DNA of 64,000 nt from an uncultured delta proteobacterium (GTDB lineage Bacteria > Desulfobacterota > Binatia > Binatales > Binataceae), in the NCBI GenBank assembly GCA_963724765.1, contig CAVRVY010000003.1, positions 160,001-224,000 on the forward strand. The letters run 5' to 3'. Both the position numbers and the translations under genes were made by a program. The notes beneath the pieces were generated by a model. That model did not search any database. It was not told where the DNA came from and saw only the letters and a program-made list of their open reading frames with translations. Shown here piece by piece: positions 1 through 11,038 of the stretch (position 1 is its first letter; each line of letters starts with the position of its first letter).

Positions 1-12
1 TGCAATCGAGGT

Positions 13-1812
13 TCATGGTATCGACCCGCTGGACCGAGACGATGCGCCGACGGCGTGAAGCAGGTTACAGGATGCGATCAGAAGATCTGCCTTGCTCTGG
101 ATGAACGTGTATCGCGCCGACATTACATCCCGTTCGGCCGAGATAAGGTCGGTGATCGTCGCGAGGCCGTAGCGATGGCTTTCGAAGTTGGCTGCGAACG
201 ACTCTTCTGACGAATCCAGCAACGCCTTGGCGGCATCGCGTTTCTTTTTCGCGGAGAGGAAATCATAGTAGGCGGTCCAGGTTGCGGCAATGACGTTAAG
301 TTGAACCGACTTGAGCTCCGAGAGGGCCGCGCCCCTCTCCGCGGTTGCCTTTTGCACGGCGTAGTACCGATCGAATCCAGTGAACAGATCCCATCGCATT
401 GTTAACCCTGCGCCATAAAATGGCTGGTTGAGATTCTGACTGTGCCCGCCGTTGACCGTGTAGTTCCAAATTGCCTGACCATAGTTCCCGCCCACGCTGA
501 TTTCGGGGTAAAACTCCGCCCTCGCGCGCGCGACGGCGGCGTCACCGGCCCGCACTGCAGCGATTTGGGCGGCGAGATCGGGTCGCCGCCTGACCGCTTC
601 GGCAATGAGTGCCTCAACATCGTCACTCAGATTTTTGGGCAGGCGGTCCAACTGACCGGCGTCGATGTTGAGGTTGGTGTCGGCGGGAACACCGATGGTT
701 TGACGGAGGTTCGCTTCTGCATCGTGCACTTGCGAGTTTGCATTTTCGAGGTCGTACACAGCCTGTGCCTGGACACGCTTTTCGAGCAGCACTTGCGGCT
801 TGGTTGCGAGGCCGACCTGGTGACGCTGCTCGACGGCAGCCAGGGCGATATTCGCGAGCTTGAGGTTAGCCTCCGCTGCACTCACGTTGGCATTCGCTGC
901 CGCAAGAACATAGAACGCCCTTTCTACATTGAAGACGACGTCCTGGATCGCCTGATTGAAGTTGAAGTTCGCCGCGATCAGCTCTTCGCGGGCCTTTCGC
1001 TCATTTGCGCGAGTGCGGCCGAAGTCAAGTAAATCGTAACTGACCTTAAATTGAGGAAAAAAGACGTCATTGCGGATAACCAGAGTTTGCCCGGGAAACT
1101 CGAGCGGCAGCTTGAAGTAGCCGCCTTCGGCGTGTGCTTGGGCCATCGGATAATTGTTGGCTTGCGACCGGCCGAGTTGGCCTTCATTCTCTAGCGCCAC
1201 ATACCAGGAGTGCTGGGTTTGGGGACTTAGCCTTAAAGCGAGGTCCACGAGTGAGGGCAGGTCATAGGTCTGTTTCCCCGATGTTTGAAGCGCGCCTCTT
1301 TCCTGCGAGCCGCGAAGTTGCTCGAGATTTGTGACAGGACGATTCAAGGCCTCGATGGAGGGGGGCGGCGTCCAGACGTTCTCCGCTTTCTCGGACGGCG
1401 CCAGTTCGGAGTCGGGATTTAGGTGAATTGAACCGCAACCCATCGAGGGCACAAGCGCTAGCGCCAGGAGCAACGGTACAAGCGGCCACGCGAATGCGCG
1501 CGCTGCAGTCCCCGAAATGCTGTCAGCCGGTTTGCTCAGCGAGCCGCTTTTCCGACGACAGGCCTGGTTCCGATGACTCCCGAATTTCTCCACGCTCTTC
1601 GCCCAAACGCACAACCCAATCTTGCGATCAGGTCTGTGGGCGCAAGCGATGACCTTTCGCAAGATGAGCTGTGACCCAGGTCTCAAGACGTCGCCAGTTG
1701 TTTCTGTCTTTATGACGCGTAGCATGGCAGCCCTCGGTAACAACGGCACCCTGGCAGCGCGATCGTAACTCAGGGCGCAAGTTAACCATTTTATAAAACG
1801 CTTCAAGTGCAC
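13..1812 (-). CDS. TolC-family outer membrane efflux lipoprotein (true start probably downstream of the ORF start)
   Basis: Hydrophobic signal ending in SMGC; two OEP repeats (LVDLALRLSP...SYDLLDFG; AVRRRPDL...WDLFTGF); C-terminal G.ATITDLISAE motif. Confidence 0.85.
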   Translation of the reverse strand: MHLKRFIKWLTCALSYDRAARVPLLPRAAMLRVIKTETTGDVLRPGSQLILRKVIACAHRPDRKIGLCVWAKSVEKFGSHRNQACRRKSGSLSKPADSISGTAARAFAWPLVPLLLALALVPSMGCGSIHLNPDSELAPSEKAENVWTPPPSIEALNRPVTNLEQLRGSQERGALQTSGKQTYDLPSLVDLALRLSPQTQHSWYVALENEGQLGRSQANNYPMAQAHAEGGYFKLPLEFPGQTLVIRNDVFFPQFKVSYDLLDFGRTRANERKAREELIAANFNFNQAIQDVVFNVERAFYVLAAANANVSAAEANLKLANIALAAVEQRHQVGLATKPQVLLEKRVQAQAVYDLENANSQVHDAEANLRQTIGVPADTNLNIDAGQLDRLPKNLSDDVEALIAEAVRRRPDLAAQIAAVRAGDAAVARARAEFYPEISVGGNYGQAIWNYTVNGGHSQNLNQPFYGAGLTMRWDLFTGFDRYYAVQKATAERGAALSELKSVQLNVIAATWTAYYDFLSAKKKRDAAKALLDSSEESFAANFESHRYGLATITDLISAERDVMSARYTFIQSKADLLIASCNLLHAVGASSRSSGSIP

Positions 1813-1818
1813 ACTCCC

Positions 1819-2292
1819 CTAAAATAGCGGACCAGAGATCCGCAACTCGTTGCGGCACGCTTCGCTAAACGCACGCAAGGGAGCCAGCGCGTCGCTGTTC
1901 ACGACCTCTTCTATCTCGTCGAACGTTTTTTTCGGCCCGCGGTATGTTTCCATGATGGTGTGAGCAATGCTTTCCGCCATTTCGACGATCTTCGGCGACG
2001 ATAGAAGATGCATCCTGCCGATCAGGGCATACAGTTTGACCAACTTGATGAATTCCGCTTTCTCATGTTCGAGGGCATCTGCATATAACTGCGCCGATTC
2101 CTCAATAAAGTCCGCATACAACTCCTCCCGCCTGCTCCTATGGTGCTCCAACTGCTCCGCTCGGGCCTGAGCTCTCTGGCTCAGCCATGACGACGCCAAC
2201 AACATCAACCCGCCGATCGCTGATCCAGCGAGCGCGGCAAACGCGGAGAAGTATTCTGTGTTCATAGTCAAAGCCCACATGGGCCGGACCAC
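1819..2292 (-). CDS. Hypothetical protein with N-terminal TM segment
   Basis: 157-aa ORF with hydrophobic AALAGSAIGGL segment followed by a helical region; co-oriented directly upstream of the TolC gene. Confidence 0.65.
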   Translation of the reverse strand: MVRPMWALTMNTEYFSAFAALAGSAIGGLMLLASSWLSQRAQARAEQLEHHRSRREELYADFIEESAQLYADALEHEKAEFIKLVKLYALIGRMHLLSSPKIVEMAESIAHTIMETYRGPKKTFDEIEEVVNSDALAPLRAFSEACRNELRISGPLF

Positions 2293-2641
2293 GTCTTAAC
2301 CGCTAGCCGTTGCGGCAACCTCGCGACCGCACGACGGAGCATCAGATGTGCCAAGCCCAGAAACGAGTACAAATTCCGATGTGTGGGCGGCCGTGTAGCC
2401 AAAAGGAGCAATGAGGTGTCGCGAGTCGCGCCAGCTACGCCGTCCTACACGCGTCTTCGCGCGGGAACAACCCCGTTCTGCCTCCAACCGTCACGGCGGA
2501 CGTTAGACGAGGTGGAGTTGATGTCGATGCGCGACGCCTTGGGCGAGGCGCTCGGTTATCAGATTCAGATAGGATCGAAGTGCCTTTAGCCCCTGGTCGC
2601 AAGGCATAGCGCCGTGGCGCGAGTAGGACTCGGATCAAACC

Positions 2642-2833
2642 TCAACGCTGGAGCGCCGTCGCGCGCCGATCTCTGAGCTCGGCTTCTGCCTTGAGCCAAT
2701 CGCCCACCTCGCTGCCGGGGTCGCCGTTTCGGGCAGAGTATATTTCATAGGCGCGGATACGGATCTCGTCTTCTGTTGGCTGAGAGTTGTTTTCGAGTGG
2801 CGTTTGATCTGCCGCTGGTTTCTTGTCGACCAT
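2642..2833 (-). CDS. DUF2934-like small protein
   Basis: EDEIRIRAYEIY...G..DWLKAEAEL signature; GGGAGG RBS upstream. Confidence 0.85.
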   Translation of the reverse strand: MVDKKPAADQTPLENNSQPTEDEIRIRAYEIYSARNGDPGSEVGDWLKAEAELRDRRATALQR

Positions 2834-2932
2834 TTCCTTTCCCTCCCGGTAACACGTATTTTAGAAAGAGCGGCGACAGGATTCTGTTCAAAATTGCTCA
2901 CTTTTGAACGACTTTGAGAACCTCGGCTCCGC

Positions 2933-3571
2933 TCAATCGCGCAGCACCACGCTCAGGAGAGAACTGTGGACCTCCAGTCCGTCGTTATAGTCGATGAAGC
3001 CCAGCTTCCTGAACCGGTTCATAAAAAAGCTCACTCTTGACCGAGTCGTTCCGACCATCTCGGCGAGCGTTTCCTGGCTGATTTTCGTGATTATTTGCTC
3101 GTTCCTGCCTTCCTTTCCGAAATTGGCCAGCAACAATAGAAGGCGGGCGAGCCGCTTTTCGCTTGAATTGAATAGCTGATCGACCAAATCCTCCTCGACT
3201 CGCTGATTGCGCGAAAGCAGATGCGCGATGAACATCCCGGAGAAACGGGAGTTCTTGCGAAGTGCGTCCATCATCGCTTCTCTCCCCATCCGCAGAACGG
3301 AACAATCTGTCATCGCCCTCGCGGTCGCGATGCGCCGTGTCTGTCCATTCAGACATCCTTCACCGAAGAAATTTCCGAGACTCAGGATCGTGACGACCGC
3401 TTCCTTCCCTTGTCTGGATGCAACGCTCAGCCCGACTTGACCTTTTTCAAGAAAGAAGACGTCGCCGGCGGGCTGCCCTTGGGCAAAAATAACTTGTTTC
3501 TTTCGATAGTCCTTGAATGTCCCTCCCATGATCGACTGTAGCGTTTTCGCATCGATTGGTTCGTCGCGCAC
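2933..3571 (-). CDS. Crp/Fnr family transcriptional regulator
   Basis: cNMP-binding domain (IFAQG, FFGEGCL) plus HTH ISQETLAEMVGTTRSRVSFFMNRFRKLG. Confidence 0.95.
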   Translation of the reverse strand: MRDEPIDAKTLQSIMGGTFKDYRKKQVIFAQGQPAGDVFFLEKGQVGLSVASRQGKEAVVTILSLGNFFGEGCLNGQTRRIATARAMTDCSVLRMGREAMMDALRKNSRFSGMFIAHLLSRNQRVEEDLVDQLFNSSEKRLARLLLLLANFGKEGRNEQIITKISQETLAEMVGTTRSRVSFFMNRFRKLGFIDYNDGLEVHSSLLSVVLRD

Positions 3572-3727
3572 GACCTTATCGAACCTCCTTTCCGTGCGGC
3601 CGTCGGATCACGCGGGATGTCGCCTTCGGGGCCCGGTCCTGCTTCATTCCGATGATCAAACGGCTTCGCATCGAATTCGATCATCTGTCCGGATGGTAGT
3701 TACCAACGCTTACTCTGGGCCAGTCTC

Positions 3728-3762
3728 TTGACAATCATGTCTAAATGTGACGTTAATGTCAA
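3728..3762 (+). promoter_or_regulatory. Promoter with tandem palindromic TetR-type operators
   Basis: TTGACA at 3728; two TGAC-N6-GTC(T/A) boxes at 3729-3742 and 3748-3761 immediately before ATG 3765. Confidence 0.6.
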
Positions 3763-3764
3763 CT

Positions 3765-4460
3765 ATGAACAGAATTGTCAGTGAAGCCCCCATGAGAGAA
3801 GGAGCCCAAGTTCGCCACGCAAAACCAAGACCGCGCGCGTTTCCCAACCGCCGCGAGAGGCGCAAGCTGGCAACTCGCCAGACGCTACTGGACGCGACCC
3901 AGGCCCTGCTCGCCAAGCGAAGTTTGGATGCACTGAGCGTCGACGAAATCGTAGAGCGTGCGGACGTCGCCAGGGGCACCTTTTACAATTACTTCGCTGA
4001 CAAGGATGCGCTCGAGCGCGAGCTCGCGTCGCAGGTTCGCGTGCGCGTGGAAAGTGAGATAGCGCGCACAAATGAAGGAGTCAGCGATCCAGCGGAGAGA
4101 ATCGCGCGCGCATTCTGCTGCGTACTCCATTTTTGCCTCGGCGCGCCGGAACAGGCGGCCGCAATGATGCGGTTGTTTCCGCACGCGACCGATCCCGCGG
4201 CGCCGATCAACTCTGGTGTGCGCGGCGATGTGACGGAAGGACTCGCGCGAGGCCGTATCTTGGCGTCGTGCGAAGACGTCGCGGTCGCCTGCATCGTTGG
4301 GGTGTTCATGGCCGGAGTGAATCGCGTCTTGGACCTGCCATCCAGCAAGGCAAGCACGTTTGCGATCGGTATGGGCTCGATCCTGCTGCATGGGCTTGGG
4401 ATCAGCCGGAGTCAGGCTAAGCGGATCATGGCCCAAGCGGTCCAATCAGTCCTGCGCTGA
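3765..4460 (+). CDS. TetR/AcrR family transcriptional regulator
   Basis: LSVDEIVERADVARGTFYNYFADKDAL HTH; start uncertain (3747/3765/3792). Confidence 0.93.
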   Translation: MNRIVSEAPMREGAQVRHAKPRPRAFPNRRERRKLATRQTLLDATQALLAKRSLDALSVDEIVERADVARGTFYNYFADKDALERELASQVRVRVESEIARTNEGVSDPAERIARAFCCVLHFCLGAPEQAAAMMRLFPHATDPAAPINSGVRGDVTEGLARGRILASCEDVAVACIVGVFMAGVNRVLDLPSSKASTFAIGMGSILLHGLGISRSQAKRIMAQAVQSVLR

Positions 4461-4473
4461 TCGGGAGTCAGAT

Positions 4474-5400
4474 ATGGGAATCAAAATTCAGGATGTCGCC
4501 TACGTAAGATTCAGCGCGCCCGATCTGGACGCGATGGAAGCATTTCTCACCGATTTCGGAATGGTTCGCGCGGAGCGAACCAGCGACACGCTTTACATGC
4601 GCGGCCTGGACGAAGATCCGTTTCTTCATGTGACCCATCGGGGCGAGCCGCGTTTCGTTGCTGCCGGATTCGAAGCCGCCTCGGTGAAAGACCTCGAAAC
4701 GCTCGCCCAAGAAGAGAATGCGTCGATCGTGCAATTGGATGGTCCCGGGGGCGGGTCTGTGGTTCGGCTAAGCGATCCCAATGGCTTCGAAATCGAGGTG
4801 GTTGCCGGACGGACAGCGGTCGCTCGAAGCGAGAGGCCCGCGCCGGCACCCATCAACGACGCGCACGCAAGGCTGCAGCTCAACGCGCTCAAACGCCTTC
4901 CCAAGGGGCCTTCGCATGTGAAGCGGCTTGGTCACTGTGTGCTGAACGTGAACAACTTCCGCGAGTCGGAAGCCTGGTACAAATCGCGATTTGGCTTGAT
5001 TACTTCGGACGAGATCAATCTAGGGTCGCCCGAGCGGGCGCTCGGTGCATTCTTGCGATGTGATCGCGGAGCCGTACCGAGCGACCATCACACCCTGTTT
5101 TTGATGGGCGCCGGCAAGCCCGGATTCAATCACGCCGCTTATGAGGTTGCGGATTTCGACGACCTTATGTGCGGGCATGATTGGCTGAAACAGAAACGTC
5201 GCCAACATGAATGGGGCGTCGGACGCCATCTGCTCGGGAGCCAAATCTTCGATTACTGGCGCGACCCGTGGGGCCACACGTTGGAGCATTGGACCGACGG
5301 CGACCTGTTGGACGCGGGCTGGGGCTCCCGCACGTCGAGTTTTGAGGAAGTGGTAGCCACTCAGTGGGGCCCGATGCCGCCCAGCACGATGGGAACCTAA
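4474..5400 (+). CDS. VOC-family extradiol dioxygenase-like protein
   Basis: Two VOC domains; RLGHCVL, HHTL, NHAAYEV, WGVGRHLLGSQIFDYWRDPWG motifs. Confidence 0.88.
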   Translation: MGIKIQDVAYVRFSAPDLDAMEAFLTDFGMVRAERTSDTLYMRGLDEDPFLHVTHRGEPRFVAAGFEAASVKDLETLAQEENASIVQLDGPGGGSVVRLSDPNGFEIEVVAGRTAVARSERPAPAPINDAHARLQLNALKRLPKGPSHVKRLGHCVLNVNNFRESEAWYKSRFGLITSDEINLGSPERALGAFLRCDRGAVPSDHHTLFLMGAGKPGFNHAAYEVADFDDLMCGHDWLKQKRRQHEWGVGRHLLGSQIFDYWRDPWGHTLEHWTDGDLLDAGWGSRTSSFEEVVATQWGPMPPSTMGT

Positions 5401-5414
5401 GGAGACTTCTTGAG

Positions 5415-6299
5415 ATGAAGATAGTCCGCTATGTGGAGAAGAACGGGGTCAAGCTTGGTGCCGTCAAAGGCGATGGCGTCATCGATCTAACCCGCCGATT
5501 CCCTTCTCTGTCCGACAAAGCAATCGAGCTCATCCAACAGTGGAGCGAAGCGAAGCCCCACCTGGAGAAGATCGTTTCAGAGAGTGCGCCGGATGCAGCT
5601 TTGGCAAATGTGCGCCTGCTCGCTCCGGTAGCGCGACCCGGCAAGATCATGGCGATCGGCCTCAACTACACGGACCACATCAGAGAGACAGGTCAAAAGA
5701 TGCCGCCTCATCAAATCTGGTTCACCAAGGCGGTGACCTCGATCAACGGACCGTTTGATCCCATCGAGCTGCCGATCGCTTCCGCGCAGGTTGATTACGA
5801 GGCGGAGCTGGTGGTGATTGTCGGCAAGCGCTGCAAGCACGTTCCGAAGGAAAGCGCAGCCGATGTTGTATTCGGCTATTGCGCCGGCAACGACGTGTCG
5901 GTGCGCGACTGGCAGATGCAGACCACGCAATGGGTGCTCGGCAAATCGTTCGATACGCACGCGCCCATCGGCCCCTGGATTGTTACCGCGGACGAGATTT
6001 GCGATCCCCACACGATGGGCATCCGATGTTTCGTCAATGGCGAGCGGCGGCAGAATTCCAATACCGAGAACCTCGTGTTCAACGTGTATGATCAGATTGC
6101 GCACCTGAGCCGCGCCATGACGCTGGAACCCGGCGACATAATCTTTACGGGAACTCCAGGTGGCGTCGGGCTTGCGATGCAGCCGCCGCAGTGGCTCAAG
6201 GCAGGCGACAAGGTGCGTGTCGAGATAGATCGCATCGGATCCATCGAGGCTGAAATGCAGCCTGAGCGTGCAAGCCAAGCCGCTTCATCCTGGAGGTAA
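5415..6299 (+). CDS. Fumarylacetoacetate hydrolase family protein
   Basis: GLNY.DH, DYEAEL, NDVSVRD, GKSFDT, GDIIFTGTPGGVG motifs. Confidence 0.95.
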   Translation: MKIVRYVEKNGVKLGAVKGDGVIDLTRRFPSLSDKAIELIQQWSEAKPHLEKIVSESAPDAALANVRLLAPVARPGKIMAIGLNYTDHIRETGQKMPPHQIWFTKAVTSINGPFDPIELPIASAQVDYEAELVVIVGKRCKHVPKESAADVVFGYCAGNDVSVRDWQMQTTQWVLGKSFDTHAPIGPWIVTADEICDPHTMGIRCFVNGERRQNSNTENLVFNVYDQIAHLSRAMTLEPGDIIFTGTPGGVGLAMQPPQWLKAGDKVRVEIDRIGSIEAEMQPERASQAASSWR

Positions 6300-6305
6300 T
6301 AGTCA

Positions 6306-7478
6306 ATGACGAACGAACTCGTAGAGACCGCAAGACGGATCGCGCCGGAGCTTGGGGAGACCGCCGCCGAGGACAACGCACTCCGGAGGCTCAGCGATCG
6401 CACCTGGAATATCCTGATGGACAACGGCTTTTTGCGATCGCTACAGCCAGAGCGATGGGGCGGCGGCGAAGTACCGCTGATGGAGTTCGTCGACGCCACG
6501 ATCGAGCTCGCGCGCGTTTCGCCTTCCGCTGCATGGATCGCCGGCGTGATCGGGTTACATCCGTGGCAGCTCGCTCTCTTTGATGAAAGAGCGCAGCAGG
6601 AGATGTGGGGTAAGGACCCCGCCCTGATGCACTCCTCGTCTTACAACCCTACCGGCAATGCCGAGAAGGTGGCCGGCGGCTACAAGCTTTCGGGGCGATG
6701 GTCGTTCTCGTCCGGATGCGATCATTGTCACGGCGTGATGCCGGGAGCGATTTGCGGCACGCGCGAGGTGCTGGGCAGACCAGTACCGGACTTCAGGTCT
6801 TTTCTCTTGTTGGGCGATCAATATCGCATCGATGACAACTGGCATGTTGCCGGACTCAAGGGCACCGGCAGCAAAGACATCATTGTCGAAAGCGCTTTCG
6901 TACCTGAGTATCGATCTCAGTCACTCATTGACTACGCGATGAATGCGCCGCTGCCGGGGCAAGAGCGCAACAGCGGTCCGCTTTATCGATTACCTTGGTC
7001 GGTAGTCTTTAACACGGCGCTGGTTGCTTCGGTGCTGGGCGCTTCGCGCGGGTTCGTCCATGCCTGGACTTCGCAGACGCGCGAGCGCAAGTTGAGCTTG
7101 GGCGGAAGGGCGGCCGACGATGCTCTCATGCAGCGGCGGCTCGCAGAGGCGATCTGGCTGATCGACGTCACGATCACGCGACTGCGAACCGACATCGCGG
7201 AATTGTGGCAGATGGCGCAGGACCGCGTGCCGGTTCCGATGCAACTCAAGACGCAGGTGCGCTGGAACATGAACCGCGGATGCGAGTTGGTCGCGCAGGC
7301 GATCAATGATCTGTTTCGGGCGTCAACTGGACGCGCGGTGTTCGTCGATCACCCGCTACAACAGCGCTTTCAAGACATCGAGGCGGCGATGGCGCACGCG
7401 TACTTGTCTTCGGATCCGCTCGCAAAGGCGGTGGGCGGATATCTGTTGGGTACGTCGCAGCCCGAATTTGTCCTCTAA
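6306..7478 (+). CDS. Flavin-dependent monooxygenase, oxygenase subunit (HsaA-like, acyl-CoA dehydrogenase fold)
   Basis: GRWSFSSGCDH, W.VAGLKGTGS, PLQQRFQDI..AMAH motifs. Confidence 0.9.
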   Translation: MTNELVETARRIAPELGETAAEDNALRRLSDRTWNILMDNGFLRSLQPERWGGGEVPLMEFVDATIELARVSPSAAWIAGVIGLHPWQLALFDERAQQEMWGKDPALMHSSSYNPTGNAEKVAGGYKLSGRWSFSSGCDHCHGVMPGAICGTREVLGRPVPDFRSFLLLGDQYRIDDNWHVAGLKGTGSKDIIVESAFVPEYRSQSLIDYAMNAPLPGQERNSGPLYRLPWSVVFNTALVASVLGASRGFVHAWTSQTRERKLSLGGRAADDALMQRRLAEAIWLIDVTITRLRTDIAELWQMAQDRVPVPMQLKTQVRWNMNRGCELVAQAINDLFRASTGRAVFVDHPLQQRFQDIEAAMAHAYLSSDPLAKAVGGYLLGTSQPEFVL

Positions 7479-7878
7479 GGGTGCTTACCTCGATCGTGCC
7501 ATCGCGTGCATCGAACACTACGCCGATGAATCCAGGCACAGTGCGCTATGGGAACGCAACGGCACAACAGCGATCAATAAAACAACCAGGACGGCTGATC
7601 GGTTCAGCGCGCCCGATCTGTTTCCAGCAGTTTTGGAGCGCGGGCACCGCGAAATGCTCTCGGACACTTATGCCGCGCAGCCGCTGGAGAATCGGTCGTT
7701 GATACTCGGGCGGTCTTCCATTTCTCTTTGGACTCTTTAACGACTCAGGACTACGATTCCCCTAAAACGAAGCAGTCGTTCGCTCGCTTGAGCGAAATTG
7801 AGGATCAAGTTCGCGTGCGTCGAGGCAAGAGAAGCCCCTAATAATGCTTCACGGCGCTCAAAGGAGAAAGTGCGGGCC

Positions 7879-10332
7879 ATGACCACAGTCGCAAGAAACT
7901 CGGAGGCCGTCCTTTACGACGAAAAGACATCTACGATATCGGCGTACGGTCCAGCCCGTTCGACGATCAAAGGGACGCCGCCCAGCCCGGACGAGCTGCG
8001 CAACATCGACGCCTACTGGCGCGCCAGTCTCTATCTGTGCCTCGGGATGCTTTACCTCAAGGAGAACCCCCTGCTGCAGGCGCCACTTACGCCGGAACAA
8101 ACGAAGCCACGGTTGCTCGGCCATTGGGGCTCGGACCCCGGTCAGAGCTTCACCTACATTCACTTCAACCGCCTAATCAACAAATACGACCTGAACGCAA
8201 TCTTCATCTCGGGTCCCGGGCACGGGGCGCCGGCAGTCTTGTCCAACGCCTACCTCGAAGGAACGTACTCCGAAATATATCCGGACAGGAGTCAGGACCT
8301 CGCCGGGATGCAGCGCTTCTTCAAACAGTTCAGTTTTCCGGGCGGTATCGGCAGCCATGCCACCCCCGAAACGCCGGGAAGCATCCACGAGGGCGGCGAG
8401 CTCGGATACAGCATATCGCACGCGTACGGGACGGTTTACGACCGCCCGGATCTGATCACTCTCGTGATAGTGGGTGACGGCGAGTCCGAGACCGGCCCTC
8501 TTGCGACAAGCTGGCACAGCAACAAGTTCGTCAATCCGATCACCGACGGCGCCGTGCTGCCCGTATTGCACCTCAACGGCTACAAGATCAATAACCCTAC
8601 CCTGCTTGCCCGGATCAGCCACGAGGAGCTGGAGGCCTTGTTTGTCGGTTACGGTTATACCCCCTACTTCGTCGAAGGCAGCGACCCGCAGAGCATGCAC
8701 CAAGCGATGGCCGCCACGCTGGAGCACTGCGTGCTTGAGATTCGCAGGGTCCAGGAGGAGGCGCGGGCGAACGGGAAGGCCTTCCGGCCGCGCTGGCCGA
8801 TGATCATACTACGCAGCCCCAAGGGTTGGACTGCTCCGCGGGAGATTGATGGGCATTACCTGGAAGGCTTCTGGCGAGCGCACCAGATCCCAATTGCGGA
8901 TATCACTACCAACCCAAGCCATCTGAAAGTGCTCGAGGGGTGGATGCGCAGCTACAAACCCGATGAGTTGTTCGACCAGGCCGGTCGGCTGATTCCCGAG
9001 TTGCAGGCTTTGGCCCCGAAGGGACCGCGACGCATGAGCGCCAATCCGGTCGCTAACGGCGGTCTGCTGCGGAAGCCGCTCGACATGCCTGACTTCCGGA
9101 GCTCGGGAGTCGAGGTCAAGAAACCCGGAGCCACTCTGGCGGGGAACGTTCCAACATTGGGTAATTTCCTTCGCGAAGTGATGCGACTGAATATGGACCG
9201 CTTTCGTGTCTTTGGACCCGATGAGACGCAGTCCAACCGTCTAGAAGCGATCTACGAGGTGGGCAAAAAAGTCTGGCTGGGAGAATACTTTCCCGAGGAC
9301 GCTGACGGCGGCGAGCTCGCGCCTAATGGACGCGTGATGGAGATGCTGAGCGAGCATACCGTCGAAGGGTGGCTGGAGGGTTATATCCTGAGTGGCCGGC
9401 ACGGTTTGCTCAACAGTTACGAGCCGTTCATCCACGTCATCGATTCGATGTTCAACCAGCACGCGAAGTGGCTGGAGAAATGTAATGAACTGCCCTGGCG
9501 CGCAAATGTGTCATCCCTGAACCTGCTGATCACTGCGCTGGTCTGGCGGCAGGATCATAACGGCTTTACCCACCAGGATCCCGGTTTCCTCGATGTGGTA
9601 GCCAACAAAAGCCCGAGCGTTGTTCGCGTTTACCTGCCGCCCGACGCAAACTGCCTGCTCTCCGTCGCGGACCATTGCCTGCGAAGCGTCAACTACGTGA
9701 ACGTTATGGTCGCCGACAAACAGGTGCACCTCCAGTACCTGGAAATGGAGGCGGCAATCGAGCACTGCACGAAGGGAGTTGGCATCTGGAACTGGGCCAG
9801 CAACGACCAGGGCGCCGAACCCGACGTGGTAATGGCGAGTTGCGGCGATGTCCCGACCTTGGAGTCGCTGGCTGCCACAGCTCTGCTCCGACAGCACTTG
9901 CCGGACATCAAAGTCAGGTTTGTGAACGTGGTCGACCTGTTCAAGCTCGTGCCCAGCACCGAGCATGCGCACGGGCTGACAGATCGCGAGTTCGAGGCTC
10001 TATTCACCCCGGATAAGCCGGTAGTCTTCAACTTCCATTCTTATCCGTGGCTGATTCACAGACTCACCTACCGCCGCCCCGGTCAGCACAACATTCACGT
10101 ACGCGGCTACAAGGAAAAGGGGAACATCAACACCCCGCTGGAGCTGGCTATTCAAAACCAAACGGATCGCTTCAGCCTGGCGATCGATGCAATCGACCGG
10201 ATCCCACGCTTCCAGGTCAGAGGAGCTAACGTTCGGGAGCTTCTGCTCAACCAGCAGATAAAAAGTAAAAACCACGCGCACCAGTTCGGTATCGATCCGA
10301 AGGACATCACGGACTGGCAGTGGCCATTCTGA
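7879..10332 (+). CDS. xfp: Phosphoketolase
   Basis: [29 protein letters not shown] (TPP), [14 protein letters not shown]. Confidence 0.97.
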   Translation: MTTVARNSEAVLYDEKTSTISAYGPARSTIKGTPPSPDELRNIDAYWRASLYLCLGMLYLKENPLLQAPLTPEQTKPRLLGHWGSDPGQSFTYIHFNRLINKYDLNAIFISGPGHGAPAVLSNAYLEGTYSEIYPDRSQDLAGMQRFFKQFSFPGGIGSHATPETPGSIHEGGELGYSISHAYGTVYDRPDLITLVIVGDGESETGPLATSWHSNKFVNPITDGAVLPVLHLNGYKINNPTLLARISHEELEALFVGYGYTPYFVEGSDPQSMHQAMAATLEHCVLEIRRVQEEARANGKAFRPRWPMIILRSPKGWTAPREIDGHYLEGFWRAHQIPIADITTNPSHLKVLEGWMRSYKPDELFDQAGRLIPELQALAPKGPRRMSANPVANGGLLRKPLDMPDFRSSGVEVKKPGATLAGNVPTLGNFLREVMRLNMDRFRVFGPDETQSNRLEAIYEVGKKVWLGEYFPEDADGGELAPNGRVMEMLSEHTVEGWLEGYILSGRHGLLNSYEPFIHVIDSMFNQHAKWLEKCNELPWRANVSSLNLLITALVWRQDHNGFTHQDPGFLDVVANKSPSVVRVYLPPDANCLLSVADHCLRSVNYVNVMVADKQVHLQYLEMEAAIEHCTKGVGIWNWASNDQGAEPDVVMASCGDVPTLESLAATALLRQHLPDIKVRFVNVVDLFKLVPSTEHAHGLTDREFEALFTPDKPVVFNFHSYPWLIHRLTYRRPGQHNIHVRGYKEKGNINTPLELAIQNQTDRFSLAIDAIDRIPRFQVRGANVRELLLNQQIKSKNHAHQFGIDPKDITDWQWPF

Positions 10333-10360
10333 AAGGACCATTTCTGAAGGAAACGAACTT

Positions 10361-10956
10361 ATGGGTGAAATGCTCCCAACGCTTTACATCGCGAGGCACG
10401 GCGAGACTGCATGGAGCCTCTCGGGCCAGCATACTGGGCTTACCGATCTGCCATTGACTGAGCGCGGACAAAGCAACGCCCGCCGCCTCGGTAACCAGCT
10501 CCGAGGACGGTCCTTCGCCCACGTCTTCACCAGTCCACTGCAGCGAGCGCGCCGCACATGCGAGTTGGCTGGCTTTGGCGCCGAAGCTGAGGTCGATCGC
10601 GACTTGCTCGAATGGAACTACGGTGACTACGAGGGTCTGCGCACCGCGAGATCCACGCCAAGCGTCCCGGCTGGGAGCTGTTCCGCGATGGCTGCCCCGG
10701 AGGCGAATCGGCCGGCGACGTTGGAGCGAGGGCTGATCGCATGGTTGACCGCGTGCGTGCGGTCCAGCAGGACGTTCTGATTTTTTCGAGCGGGCACTTT
10801 CTCCGCGTACTAGCGGCACGTTGGCTGGGGCTGGAACCCGAGGCTGGCAGATATTTCCTGCTGAGCACTGCCAGCTTGAGCGCTCTTAGCTACGAGCACG
10901 ATCTGTCCCCTGTAATTCAACTTTGGAATGACCTGCATCATCTGACCCATCACTAG
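10361..10956 (+). pseudogene. Histidine phosphatase family protein, split by a frameshift near 10648
   Basis: RHGETAWS, SPLQRARRT and EWNYGDYEG in one frame; SSGHFLRVLAARW in another; an apparently missing C in ACCGC-GAG suggests a possible sequencing error. Confidence 0.8.
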
Positions 10957-11038
10957 ACTTCAACAGCCAAACGATTCGGGAGCGAACAGTCCGAGGAACT
11001 GCTGCAAACGCAAAGGATCGAGTTACAAGGAGACACAC

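Noticed and set aside
7480-7740. Small ORFs after the monooxygenase as the missing flavin reductase
   Set aside because: No flavin-reductase motifs in any frame listed
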